NCBI RefSeq assembly: GCF_001194135.2
Contig: NC_068983.1
Span: 105,935,680 to 105,975,961 of the forward strand
DNA from: Octopus bimaculoides
Taxonomy: Eukaryota
DNA: 40,282 bases
Direction of reading: 5' to 3'
Made by a program: the position numbers and the translations under genes. Below the pieces are notes generated by a model, which ran no database searches, had not been told where the DNA came from, and saw only the letters and a list, made by a program, of their open reading frames with translations. Below, piece by piece: positions 22,601 to 35,339 of this stretch. Position 1 is the stretch's first letter. Every line of letters starts with the position of its first letter.

Positions 22601-23748
22601 GTAAGATCTAAGAGTGGAGTGGTAAGACGAACAAACACCTTTTGTGTTTTTTTGTTTTTTGTGAGAAATCGAGATCTCGCCGAAGTGACATTCCAAGGAA
22701 CAGAAAGAATAAAAAGTCGATTGAAACATGCAAAAGACTTTATGTATCTCAACTGAAATACTATAAATAAGACATTCTGTAGTCAAAGTGTAATCGTTCT
22801 TTCTTTATCATTTTACCTTGTTATGGATGGAGTTTGTATTCCTGTGATCTATGGAGTAATGCTACCTGGAGTTTAAGTCATGCATGAGCCAGTAATGTGC
22901 AGGTAATGTAATCAAGACGGTTCCAGACAAATAGCAACCTAATCAGAATGCAACGGTGAAACAAGCAGAAAATAGCGGCATGTCAAAACGACTGTGACGG
23001 AAAATGAAGGTTGTAGTGCCAAGTGTTCTTGTACTTTTGGTATCGCAGCTTTAGAAATTCAGTTGGCTCCAAAAACTGTTTTCCCAAACACTAACATAAT
23101 CATTTTCACAAAACCTATTCCTTTCCACTAAACGTTAATACAGCAGCTACTTCCTCTGGTTTACTGTTAGTTATTAGGGTATTTACATTCTAACTTGTAT
23201 TCTATTTTCTTTTTATCTGAATGAAGAAAATCAAATTATGAACTTCATTTCATTTACAACAACAGAGAAAATAGGAATTATTAAAATGTCAAAAGTTATA
23301 AAGAAATATATATTGGTATTTAATACCAATATATACTTCTTTATAGTAATGGTATAGAATAATTCTTTCATGCTCGATAGCAAAATAAGAGATAACCCTA
23401 ATGATTTTAGGAACTAGGTAACGAGGAACTGAATAAAGGCCCAGTGAAGCGTTACTATAAACTGTTCAACCTTAAATACTACATATGTATTTACGTATAA
23501 AATATATTATGTATGTAGTTAGTTTTATATGCAGAAAAGTATGTGTGGATCTGTATAAGGGTAAGTTGACTTTATAATAGGATCTATGCTAAATATTTTT
23601 GTTTTTACTTAGACACAAAGTCAAATATTTACAAAGTAAAAGAATATAACTGCAAGATTCCAATAATTTAAATAAAAAATTATAATTTGGCTGCAGACTC
23701 GATTTTCGTTTACCCCTTTCTTTACAACACTAGCCTTATCCATTTCAG

Positions 23749-23824
23749 ATGATAAATCAAGTGAGGCGAAACAATTTCTCGTGTAACAAAATCGGTTGTT
23801 TCGATTGCATAACTGTTCTGAAGA
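23749..23824 (+). CDS. Candidate 76-nt exon
   Basis: Acceptor ccttatccatttcag, donor AGA|gtaagt; reads MINQVRRNNFSCNKIGCFDCITVLK or DDKSSEAKQFLV*. Confidence 0.4.
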
Positions 23825-24980
23825 GTAAGTAACAAACTAAAGTATTAAATTTTTGCTTATAACATTAACCACACATAAGCCATAGTTGCTAAATGGAACA
23901 AATGACATCTTAATTTCACATATCAAGATATAATATGAAAGATGGAAGTAAATAAACCGAGAAAGAGAAATGTGGAAAGAATTGTAACTTTCTTTGTGAG
24001 CGTGGATGGAATCATTACATTAGTTGGTTTACAAATATGGAATAATGGGATAAAAAAAAATTGATAAAATAATAGCATTATACATTCTTAAGAAACAGAT
24101 GGATTACGGTTTGGAATTAAATGAACCATCTGTCAACTACAGAAAATTAGGAATTAGCCCATATTGCTGATTTAGAACCGAAATGTTTGTAGTTGTATTC
24201 GATAACTTACCAACAATTTCTTACGAAAATGTCTAACAAAACAGTCCTAGAATCTGTGGCAGACAGTATGCATTCACGAGCACATACTATTGAATAAATT
24301 GTCATAATGACCATGTTGAAAATGTACCAGACGTTCAGTTAAATAAGTTTGAAGTCATATTTATTATCGACTCTTTGCTAAATTGCGGGCAACACATTAA
24401 ACGCAATTTGGTTTATTTATCTAGCAGCAGAACTAACAAGATGGGATTGGCATGACTGGAACAACTTTAATTATAGATTTACTCGGTCACACTGATCTGA
24501 AGCTAAAAAGGAAGCACCGCATCTTGGGCTTCAACCATAACCTCAAATCAACTAAAGTCTTGTGACGGAGGCAGCTATTAGAAAAGTTAGGAGCAAACCA
24601 TAATTTCAGTAACTCGGACATACGTTCAGTTGCTTTTTTATGTCCTAATCAGAGGAGTACTGAGAGTGTTCATGACTTTTGTTTGGAACCGCTAAGGCTA
24701 GTGAGTGGAAGGGGAGAAATTTTCCTTAGGCTAGAGTTGAAGTGTAGTACAGGCACCTAAGAGCTAGAGGTAGAAGAGAGAGAACATGAAGTGGTGTTAA
24801 ACCGAGCGAAGGAGTACACTTACTCCCCATACAGAAGCAGTCTCTCCCATAATATTCCACGGTGTTTCCTCCTACCAAATTCCACTCACTTGCTCAAAAT
24901 ACCGCCCTTTCTTTTTAACTCCAGGTCAAAGTAATTTTAGTCATCTCTAGCTCAACTTTCGGTATATCATAGACTGTACT

Positions 24981-25202
24981 ACGGAGATGTACTTGCATAG
25001 TAAGTGATCTGATCTGAGATCGTGTGCTGAAACAAAAACAATTGCAGCGTGGAAGGTGTTTATAAGCCAGTTAAACACACACACAAAAACCGTTAGATTC
25101 ACTTCAACATTTAAATTTAATTTGTCAAAATATTTTCGTCGCTTTGAGACTGCGACCTGTTCACTGAAAAGCGACGAAAATATTTTGACAAATTAAATTC
25201 AA
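24981..25202 (-). mobile_element. Penelope-like terminal repeat fragment with inverted end duplication
   Basis: 12-bp direct repeat atagactgtact (24969-24980, 25203-25214); perfect 32-bp IR (25114-25145 / 25168-25199); hammerhead-like motif. Confidence 0.55.
25118..25170 (-). ncRNA. Type I hammerhead-ribozyme-like motif, G3:C8 variant
   Basis: ttttca-GTGAACA-g-gtcgc-agtctcaaa-gcgac-GAAA-a-ta-t-TT-tgacaaa: stem I 5/6 bp, stem II 5 bp, palindromic minimal stem III. Confidence 0.5.
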
Positions 25203-25597
25203 ATAGACTGTACTGTTCTATATATATTTTTTTACTACAGCAAAATATGATTTGAGGGTGATTTGGTTGCTATTTGAAGCAGGTAAAACGTCTATATAAA
25301 GGTACTTTTCTTGGCTGTAACTCAGATAGATATAAAATGTCCAGTGTGTCAGTTTGAATTAAACTTTATCGTTTGATCGTCAATATGGACGAGATCGAGC
25401 TATCCTTGTTGTGGCTATACTTTCCAATGTTATAGGGACTTATAACATTTTAGAGGCATTGATCGAATAGTTTCTTGAGGGAGATTTGACTGTCATATCA
25501 AGTCAGACAACATCACAGAAGTTGATAAATCGTTATATGCACAGTGAACAGCAAGATTCGAAACATTGACTTGCATGTTTATTATTAATGCTTTCCG

Positions 25598-25896
25598 GCA
25601 GATCCCAACGCAAAGATGCTAACTGCTGTTGTGCTCGTCATAGGAGAACAACGTCTCCTTTATGATAAATGCGTGTTCATAACATACTCGATTTATTCGT
25701 GAAAGGGATTCTGGAACACCGATGTTTCAACATGTATCTCGTCAGCCAGAAATATCCGGACAATGCCCAAACATAGGTGTCTCCAAATCCCTTGTACTAA
25801 TGAACAGAGTGCGTTATAAATATAGTCGTCGTAAAGGAGAAGCTGTTCTCCAATGACGTACACAATAGTGATTAGCGTATCTGCATTTGAATCTGC
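25598..25896. repeat. Diverged inverted repeat (arms 25598-25683 and 25813-25896)
   Basis: 52/69 identical over the first 69 aligned bases (hand count). Confidence 0.9.
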
Positions 25897-26088
25897 AGAA
25901 CGTATCAAGAATACGTAAGCCATCGCATCATGGAAGTTCTTTCCTTGACAATAAAGTAAATAAAGGCAGAAGAGAACGAATCTTAATACAAATTAACAAT
26001 AAGATTTACAGGGCCGAGGTGGAATCGTTTGAATCCTAGAATATACCGTAACGGAACAGACAATATTTTTTTCTTTTTCACAACATAG

Positions 26089-26146
26089 AAGACAAAAACT
26101 TCCGGATAGAAAGTATTAGCTATATTTATTTCATAAATAACTTTCA
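26089..26146 (+). CDS. Candidate 58-nt exon (xDKNFRIESISYIYFINNF)
   Basis: Acceptor tttttttctttttcacaacatag, donor TTCA|gtaagt; one open frame. Confidence 0.3.
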
Positions 26147-27726
26147 GTAAGTTATAATTAGCCAATGTATTAAGGTATCAGCTAACTGGTTCAATGGTCA
26201 TCGGCTCGTGTCAAGATGCCCATTTTGCGTTTGCGTTCATGACAAAAACACTAAATACTAGCTGACTCATTGCAATATGAGAAGGTATTGTACATTTCTG
26301 TGACATGTTACATTAGCGTGCAATAGTTCTTAATTAAAAACCTTTCATGAATAATGATTGCAAAAATATGGTGTCTGCTAGAGATACATAGCATCAAGAT
26401 AAAGTTTTCAACGACATCAGAATAGATAACTGGTCTTGCGGAACAGCTGAGAAGGAGGAGTGGGAGGAGAAGGAGAGAGAGAGAGACAGATAGACAAAAG
26501 AAGTAGAATACAAGCAAGGAAGGACTATCAGACAGATGATCATTTCCCGCTTTCTATCTTCTCGCATCTGATTCCCTATAACTAAGAAATTTCAGCTAAC
26601 GTGGTGAAACAATCACTATCAAGTAAAAAAAACATAGTAAAATGCATTTTCTAGTGTTCGTCTGTCTCTATTTCACCCCTCGCTCTACTTTCATCCCTAA
26701 CTTTACTGTCTCTGGTCTCCGAACATAAATCATGGCAGATGCCCGATATTGGTCAGGCATAAAAAGTATATTTACTCTTCACTCATACAACGGTTATATG
26801 AAGAAGGGAATAAGAACATTTGACCAAGCCCCCGAAGGAAGAAGATCCAATAAACTCTGGTGGGATGTGAACCTAAAACTGCATCAAGCTAAATACCTTC
26901 TTAGATTTACAACCTGAGCAACATCCACAATACTAGTTTACTGAAATATAGATTTCTTTCGAATGGGTATCAAGAATTTTTTTATTAACGTTGTAGACTA
27001 TTATAATCATACAACCGAATCAGTTCTAGTATGCTTAATAAGGTGGTAGAGCGTCAGATGAAATACCTTGTGTTATTTATTCCAGCTCTTTTCCTCTGAG
27101 TTCAAATCCCGTCGAGTTTACTTTTCGTCTTATTTGTGATCAATATATAAAGTACCTGACAATATATAAAGTACTCGACTTGTGGAGATTCGAAGCCAGA
27201 GTTAGATCTCTTGTCAAATTTTCAAACATAAGACGAATGCCGGCTACAAGATAATTTTTTTTTATCATATGGTATGTGTGTAGGCAAGCATATTTTATCG
27301 ACACCAAATGAATGAAAGGCATAGAAGATCTTGGTTGGGTTTGAATTCAAGTCAGTGATGTAGTGAAGTAATCGTTTTACTGTTGTACCTTTGGCATAGT
27401 ATCATCGCTCTAAAAACCTATCAGAAGTAGACATACAACATAAAAAAAAGGGTTATGGTACCGAACTATACTCTGCCAAAGCATTCTCGTTTCGACGCTT
27501 TACTGTTCAACATATAGGACCATTGCTCTTGATTTCTTTACATGGAAAAAAATATCTTTAGATTTCAAAAGGGGGAGAGAAATGAGAAGGGATAAGTTTA
27601 ATGCTTTTCCTAAATTGCACTAACGGATTCGGTCTTGATGATGAGGATTTAGTTTTTCGACTAACTAAATTCCTGCACATGAAATATACGTACAAACGGC
27701 TGAATGTTCCACAAATATGTGTATCC

Positions 27727-27727
<1 letters not shown>

Positions 27728-27766
<39 letters not shown>
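27728..27766. repeat. (AAT)n tract (SINE tail); (GGT)n tract at 28370-28403
   Basis: Direct reading. Confidence 0.95.
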
Positions 27767-27767
<1 letters not shown>

Positions 27768-29849
27768 TTGACATTTTATTACCACCCCAGAAAAGATGGA
27801 AGGTAAAGTTTACCTTGGTGAGACAAACTTAAAAACACAAGAGTGTTGGAACGAATACCGCAAAACATTTATTTATTCTATCCGACACTGACTATTCTAA
27901 GTCGACTCCTTACAATAGCACTAGCAATGCAAGAGAAGTGAAATCGAAACTGAGACGCAGAGGTTTCACGCTGGGAGCTTACCTCTTGCCTGCATGACGC
28001 TCTCTACATGAAATCTAACTAAATATTTGTTTTAAAACCACTGACGAAGAGATATTATATGTCATACATCTTAGATACTGATTGATGGCTTGTCGTTAAT
28101 AACTAGAAATGATGTGGTTAATTACAGTAACTATATTATGGTTTCTTATGATTAGTTTATGTTTAGTTGTAGAACAGAGTGTAATACCGTGTTCATGTTA
28201 AGATGGCTGTTAGTTGTAGTATCTTGTATGATTATTGTAAGGTGTTTGTCTCGAAGCTACCAGAAACAGCTCTATTGATTTCTTCAGCTATTCTCCATCT
28301 ACATTCTCCCATCACTATCTGTTTGAAAACTAATTGCATTCTACAGCGGGACAGGTTAGTGTGACCAGTGTAGTGGTGGTGGTGGTGGTGGTGGTGGTGG
28401 TGGTGTGTGTGTGCGTGCGTGCGAGAGGATGATGATGATATAAAGAACCGAAACTGTGATAATATTGATCTCTTAACTGGGTAGAAGGCTTCTGGTTTAT
28501 AAGGGAGTAATGGAAACGGGATTGTGTGACATTCATGCTCCTCTCTATGGAGGGGGCATTAACAACGTAAGTGAAGTGAAATGGCTACAGACTCTTCCTT
28601 TCTATAAACCTCGTTACAGAGGAGCGATAATATTCAAAAGAACTACGGAGAATTAAAGTAATACAATAGTTATGTTTGCTTCATTTTGTGTGAGAAACAG
28701 CTATAGATTATTCAGAGGTTTTTCAAGATGGCTCATTTAACAGCCATATTGAAGTATAAAAAGATACAGCAAGCAATTCATCTGATTCGATTAAAAGAAA
28801 TGCTATTTATTCATTCATCTAGCTACATCGATCGGTTGATCGGATAAATAGAGATTTAGAATTTAGGGTAAATTGAACATGAAGGTATACAAAAGGTATT
28901 TTCAGGATTTGTTTAGAAAGGAAAAACACTCAGCTTTCTATATGTTCACATTCGTCAAATTGGAGTACTTTAACAGGTCTGTTTAAGAAGTGACTTTATA
29001 AACTCTAAGAACAATATTAAGGAGATAACCTCACCAAGGGTCAAATTATGGAGAAGTCTTTCAAAGAGTCCTCTTTCATTATCTGAATTCTTTCTCTTTA
29101 CATTAGGTCACATAAGCAACAAAAGCGACGAAGTACACCTCGTAGCAAATGTGTGTGCGCGCGCGTAAACAGAGAGGGGATGACAGCGGGGGGAAGGGGG
29201 CCGTTAGGCATTGAATATATTGATCAAAGTGATCAATATAAAGGAATATCTGAATGGTTAATATATTGAGAATATGAGAAGGCAATACTTGCGTTGATGT
29301 GGTCGATAAATCAAGAGTTTTACATGGAGAATAACGTCAATTAATATCCCAGGAGTTTTACAGTGATAAGATCAATAATCACTATGGGCGATATATCGAG
29401 AGTATACCAAACCATACTATCAATATCATCATCAACACCTCATGGCAACAGTGTTCTGATTCTATATTTAAGAGTATAAGAGTGACAATAAAGATATTTG
29501 TGGTGGCCAGTAGATTGAATTTGATTGACACTACCATTGGAGTGGTTCAATTCTTCCAAGGTGTACAACACAAAATACAAGACCCTACAAATGAATTTCT
29601 ATGCAGTGACTATCTGTATGAAAGTGCAACCAAAATTTCCCTCAGACTCAGGCTCGTAGATAAAATTAGTGGGGGCGCTGCTTCAGAAAATTTTTAACCG
29701 TTGTTTTAATATTGAGTAAAAAGAAACCTTCTTTTATAATATAAATTTGACATGGGTGAACATTGCATTCTTTCTTGTCTTGAGGTTCACAGTCAAACGG
29801 CTGGGTGGATTTGCGTGAAAAATGGCACACTTGTGGAGACTGGTGCATA

Positions 29850-29972
29850 GATTAGAATGCGGTTTGTATTTTTTTTCCTAGCCCCCATAGTTACCGAGAA
29901 AATCGATTAAAACAACCTGCGTGCGTGTGTGTGAGTGTGTGTCACTGAAGCCATTCACACATACATACATAA

Positions 29973-30006
<34 letters not shown>

Positions 30007-31912
30007 AATCATTCACTACAAAAACTGAATGAAAAATTTCAGTTATCTCTCTCTCATATACACACACACACCATCAACATTACTCTCCCTGTCTCTTCAC
30101 ACACACNNNNNNNNNNNNNNNNNNNNNNNNNNNNNNNNNNNNNNNNNNNNNNNNNNNNNNNNNNNNNNNNNNNNNNNNNNNNNNNNNNNNNNCAATTCTT
30201 CCGTCTCACGCAACTTCAAAAGAACTTCACTCATGCAACCGCGCTCTCGCTGTCTCTTTTGCTTTCACGCCGACTTCAAAAGATCCCCTTTTTTCCCCAA
30301 CCACATATTAAAAAAATATTTTCACTTGTCCGGGCATTGCTATTACAGACAAATTCACAACAATTCGACTCGAGAGATAAACACAAACCACCTCATGCTG
30401 ACTGCAAAACTCCCGCCAAATTATCCGCAAAAACACACAAACATCCATTTCATATATCTTCTTTCAATTTCTGCTCTCTGATTAGACAAACATCTAATAC
30501 AATAGCTCTCACCTACATTTTGTTCTCTAAAAAGGTACGTGTCTATTTTTTCTATAAACGTATAACAATATCTTATTCCATACTTCACTTAGCTTTTATC
30601 TTCACTTTTCTGAAATTGGATACGTCTGCTATTAAGTTGCAGACTTTGGCAGTACAGTTACAAATCATTTCTGCTTTACTTCTTACATACAATTTCTCCG
30701 TAAATTCTTACAGCTTCATTTTTTGGTGATGATTGAAATGTCAAACATTTTCTAACTGTCAAAGCAATTCTTAACGTCAACTTCTTAATGCCTCTTCTAT
30801 ATTTTTCCTAGCGCCGTACTTACCGAGAAAATCAATTAAAACCTATTCTATCGCAAATTCCCGCTTTGTTCCGCCATTAAAACAACCAGTTGCTCACACA
30901 GCAACAAGGGGATTACAGGATGACAGTCAGCCCAAACTTTCGCTATGCTGTCTCTCTTCTTTCACCTCTTTGTGGGGTTAATTATCTTCATCTTTAGTTA
31001 CAGTTTCTCATTCAAACTACATAATACGCAAAATTGTCGCATTAATACAGTAGGGTGTTTTTAGGGAGATTTGGCTGCTATTTCTACCAGGTCTACCTAC
31101 CATGTAGAGGTTTGAACTTAATTTTCATTCACAGATTTATATTTCAAAAATTTAACATAATCTTTTCCATAAATCAACTATCGTAAACATTTTCTACCAT
31201 GACCTCACATTTTCTATGTATATGTGTGAACCTTAAAAGGCGTGATTAGACAGAACTCCAATAGAATAGTTCTCAGAAACAGACTACGTACAAATTCTTT
31301 CTTCACAACTCCTGAAGCTGTTTTCTGCAAAGATATTTTGGAAAGACTTCCGCCCCCGCCCCACCATTTTCTCCCAAATTTGTTTATTCAAAATTTTTTT
31401 TTTTGACAAAATTCCCCGTTTTCGGATATGGAGATTCGGGAAAAATTGCCAAAAATCGGCATTGTGAAATTTCCCCCCGCTTCCCCACAACCTCTTCAAT
31501 TTTGACTTTTTTCCCCAACATTAACCCTAAAACCCTAGCCCTAACCCTAACTCTAAAACCCTAACCCTAACCATAACNNNNNNNNNNNNNNNNNNNNNNN
31601 NNNNNNNNNNNNNNNNNNNNNNNNNNNNNNNNNNNNNNNNNNNNNNNNNNNNNNNNNNNNNNNNNNNNNNNNNNNNNNNNNNNNNNNNNNNNNNNNNNNN
31701 NNNNNNNNNNNNNNNNNNNNNNNNNNNNNNNNNNNNNNNNNNNNNNNNNNNNNNNNNNNNNNNNNNNNNNNNNNNNNNNNNGGAGGTTCCAATCGAAACA
31801 GGGGACCCGAAATGATAAGGTTGAGAAACGCTGTTATAGATTATGCCTAACCGAAAACGATCACAGCCACATCTTCCAAACAGATCGGATGAAACCGGGC
31901 TTAGCTGCTAGT
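29850..31912 (-). mobile_element. Non-autonomous Helitron-like repeat with internal (CT)n/(CA)n
   Basis: Minus-strand end actagcagctaagcccggtttcatccg resembles Lep1/HINE-type Helitron 5' ends; duplicated tttttcctagc..ttaccgagaaaatc.attaaaac at ~29872 and ~30803. Confidence 0.4.
31330..31833. mobile_element. Second hAT-like element with (CCCTAA)-type repeats, centre in a gap
   Basis: CCCTAA/CCCTAAAA/CTCTAA/CCATAA repeats 31524-31577; right end ggacccg..ggttgagaaacgctg matches the 13810 end. Confidence 0.6.
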
Positions 31913-32639
31913 AAACATATAAAAAGAAAGTTTATACATAAACTTGATGGGTTCGCGTTTTAGCTACTGTCGGGTAGTGTGTTTAATTTATCACATTCAA
32001 GAATATAAACACGTTTTTAAGCACAACACATGCGGAGTCAAAGAGAAACACTACCTTCCACCGAAACACCGGGTTCGGCAATGTCGTTCACAAAGTGCTC
32101 TCTCTCCCTCGGACATGTGAGCATACGCACAACAGCCAAACACCGCGTCGCTGGAATTGTGAAGCGCACAGTTCTATACAGGATTTTTGTATTTTTTTCA
32201 TAAACTGAGAGATGGCTACTGACATTAAGCTTAAGGATCATATAATGTACTAATATAAAGAAAGAATTAAAGAAAAAAAAGGACTCATTATATTGAATGT
32301 TATCGATAATATCGAATGGAAATATGTGGTGCTGCTGTTCCGCAGTGCCTATACACGAGAGCTGCAACTGCTTAGACTACATTTTATTGGCTTACAAAAA
32401 TAGGTAAGGGGAAACGACGCACAGGTCAGAACAGTTCTAGGTATACAAGTTATAAGCAGGACTGGAATGTATTTTTTTTCTTTTCAAAGCCGTAGGTCTG
32501 TTGCTCAATCAGAGCTGACCAGGTTCTAAATAAGAACACAAAAGCTGGCTGTATCAGAATAAACGAAAACCAGTTTTAGTGGAGTCTTGGTTCGGTGAGC
32601 AGTGGTGAATGTCAGATGCGTACAGAGCCAGTACTAGTT

Positions 32640-33140
32640 CTTCCTCTACCCCTTAGCAGTTCGTTGGAAGAAATCAATGTTAGGTGCAACAGTCTCGCAT
32701 TCAATAAGGGTTTTAGGCAACTCCACTGAGTGGAAGACTGTTACATTCAACACCGATTTCTACCATTTCAAAATAAGCACATTTTTTTTGTGAACGGCAT
32801 AGAGGATTTAATAAATCCAAATACTTAACTGGAGCTTATTTTTCAACCAAGTAAGGATGAAAGGTAAAGTCGACCTTGACAGGATTTGAACTCAAAGTAC
32901 AATGAGAATTTCTACAAAGCAGTATTTCGGGGATCTACAAGTTCCGGTTACTTATTGTCTTCTGTTACATTCAATATCGACAAATTTTTTGCTGAGTATG
33001 ACAAGTAAACCTGTCGAGCAGCGTCTCGGAATGGTCTACTATGCATCCGAGTGTCTTGCTCCTCCTAGTCACCAACCAGCTAATCTTTTAACAATTCATA
33101 GGTCAGTCTCTTCCTATATAGGTCTCAGTGCAAATCAATG
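32640..33140 (-). pseudogene. 3' end of a CR1/L2-type LINE ORF2, interrupted by a SINE
   Basis: DTRMHSR (TRGH-like) then ELPKTL...PNIDFFQR (WNxLP...FK-like). Confidence 0.45.
32751..32961 (-). mobile_element. Family B SINE with 13-bp TSD
   Basis: TSD ctgttacattcaa at 32738-32750 and 32962-32974; ggatgaaaggtaaagtcgacc..gatttgaactc core. Confidence 0.85.
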
Positions 33141-33990
33141 AAAACACTCTTTAATTTCAGTGTTGCCACTGCTTACTCAATGAGTTATATTTCTTGTATC
33201 TCATAAGAGCAAGCCAACGAAGGAACATATACGAGGTAGCTTGAAATAGCAATCAAATTCCTTCAAATCACATACTACTTTGTTACCAAATGAAGGACAC
33301 AATGCAGAATGTAGTTCTACATATACAAAAAGATGGTATGGTCAAGGCTGTTATAACTTTGGCGATAACTCTACTCAGTCATAGCTAACCTAGGGCTAAA
33401 CAGCAACACCTAAGAGATGGATAGACTTAGTGGCTGTGGATTGTATCTTTGATTCCTAATGACTGAAACAAATAAAGGATAAATTATAGAAACTCAAAGG
33501 ACTTTTTAAAAAATTATTTGGAATGGTTTTCTGCAACTTATTCTTTCTTTGTTCCTGCTTTCATAATTCACCATCGATTCGTTCATTATATAACGAATGC
33601 CTACACACGCACGCGCATACCACGCACTGAATACAAAAACATATGCACACTTGTGTGTGTGTATGTGTGTGAGAGAGAGGACAAGGTACAAAATAGGAAA
33701 GAGTGGGGAGAAAAAGAAAAGGAATCAGTTTCATCCATTTTGGGGGTTGTTGAATAAAATAAGAAACAATCAAGAACAGAGTGGTCAAACCGACACCGCA
33801 TTTCTTCGAAAATGCATGATTTTTGTGCCAATATTTAGAAATGACCGTATTTGATAGCATAAAGGACGCACGGGTATATTAGATACATCCTAATTTTAGC
33901 AGCACATATTCATGGAAAAAGTCTTTAGTGCATTAAAGCTTATGGAAGCCCCAACTTCGCACATAAAACCATAAAAGACTATAGAAAGAA

Positions 33991-34089
33991 AAGAACTCTT
34001 TTGCCGAACTACTAAGTTAAGGACACATAAACACACCAACACCAGTTGTCGAGCGGTGGTGGGAGACAAACACAGACACAAAAATACAC
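33991..34089 (-). mobile_element. SINE family A internal fragment
   Basis: ctcttttgccgaac..ctaagtt..aaacacacc..gacaaacacagacac. Confidence 0.85.
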
Positions 34090-35339
34090 AGTACACTTTT
34101 CTCTTATATGCCATCAAATGCGATACAATTAAAGTAAATGAATTGAATAGTTTTGGTTTCTTTGAGAAATCGGGCCTAGAATTCAGTTCACAAAGGGAAT
34201 AACATGAACAACCATAATCAACTGTTGCAGATGGATTATACATTAGACGATGGCTGGAGCATTCCTAGTATCACAACAATTTCATATTGCAACCTATCCT
34301 AAATTTTATACGCAAATAGTAGCAATGACAGCAGTAGCAGCAACAATGCTAGCAATTTTCAGGACAAACACTCACTTCACCAATAGCCTAAATACCAATA
34401 TAATCAGTATAAAAAGAGTTCCTTAAACAAATGCTGTATAAAATCTATTCATTCTTCGTTATCACCAAAGGTTCCACTCTATACATTTGAATATTGGCTG
34501 TTTATGATAGAAAGCCAGATATCATTCTTTATTTTGTCATACACTGACTGTACGTAGTCCAGTAAGCAATCATTGAATGAATAACTTTAGTTTAATAGCC
34601 CAATTATTAGTCAGTCGTACTATGTCAGTATCAGGTCTTGTTACAAGAAACAAAAAAAAAAAAAAAAAAAAAAAAGTTAACGACTTCCTAGCAAAACATG
34701 ACGGGGGAGGGGGAGAGAAAGAGAGAGAGACTCGACGTGGTCGTTTGACCTGCTAGCAATAGCAACTAAATCTATTTTCAGTTACATCCTACTGTCTTAA
34801 AAACGGAAAGACGGACTGGAAAAAGTAATTTTAGTCACGCATAAAAAGTCGAGATGGTCCCAATTGGAATGCCTTTGATCATAAAGTTTAATCGATTACG
34901 TTTGATTCAGGACTAATTAACCACAGAACGGACGGAAGAAAGAAAGAGAAGGACAGAAAAGAAGCTGGATTAGAAAACAACAAACACTATTAGAAGAACT
35001 GAAGGTGAATTAAGATTGAAATCTTTATATAGTCTTTTTTATTAAAAGAAATCAACTAATTTAAGAAAAATCATGTAATAAAAGACCAATACGAACATGG
35101 AAGATTTCATTCTTGATTCAAAGAAGTTTTCACATATTGCAAAATAATTGACTCACAACGTAAGGATTTAGATGGCAATTGTCATATGCTGTGATGTTTT
35201 AACCCTAGATAACTTAGAACTTTCAATGTCAGAAAAAAAAGAAAAAAAAAGAAAGACATGGGGGTGATATTTCGACGGAAGAGCTCGTATTTTCCTGGTA
35301 GAAATATACTTAAATAGCATATTTCTAGAATAAATATAT

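Larger units (their letters stand above)
29649..32370. mobile_element. CAGTGGCGG-family MITE split by a ~2.2-kb insertion (left end 29649-29760, rest 31920-32370)
   Basis: Both parts align to 16018-16514; flanks ctcagact (29641-29648) / cttagact (32371-32378) match 7/8. Confidence 0.6.

Noticed and set aside
28041-28256. CTGACGA-agagat ... gtctc-GAAG hammerhead-like relic (similar one at 26798-26837)
   Set aside because: GAAA core broken, no stem III/NUH, and a ~200-nt loop; at most a dead relic.
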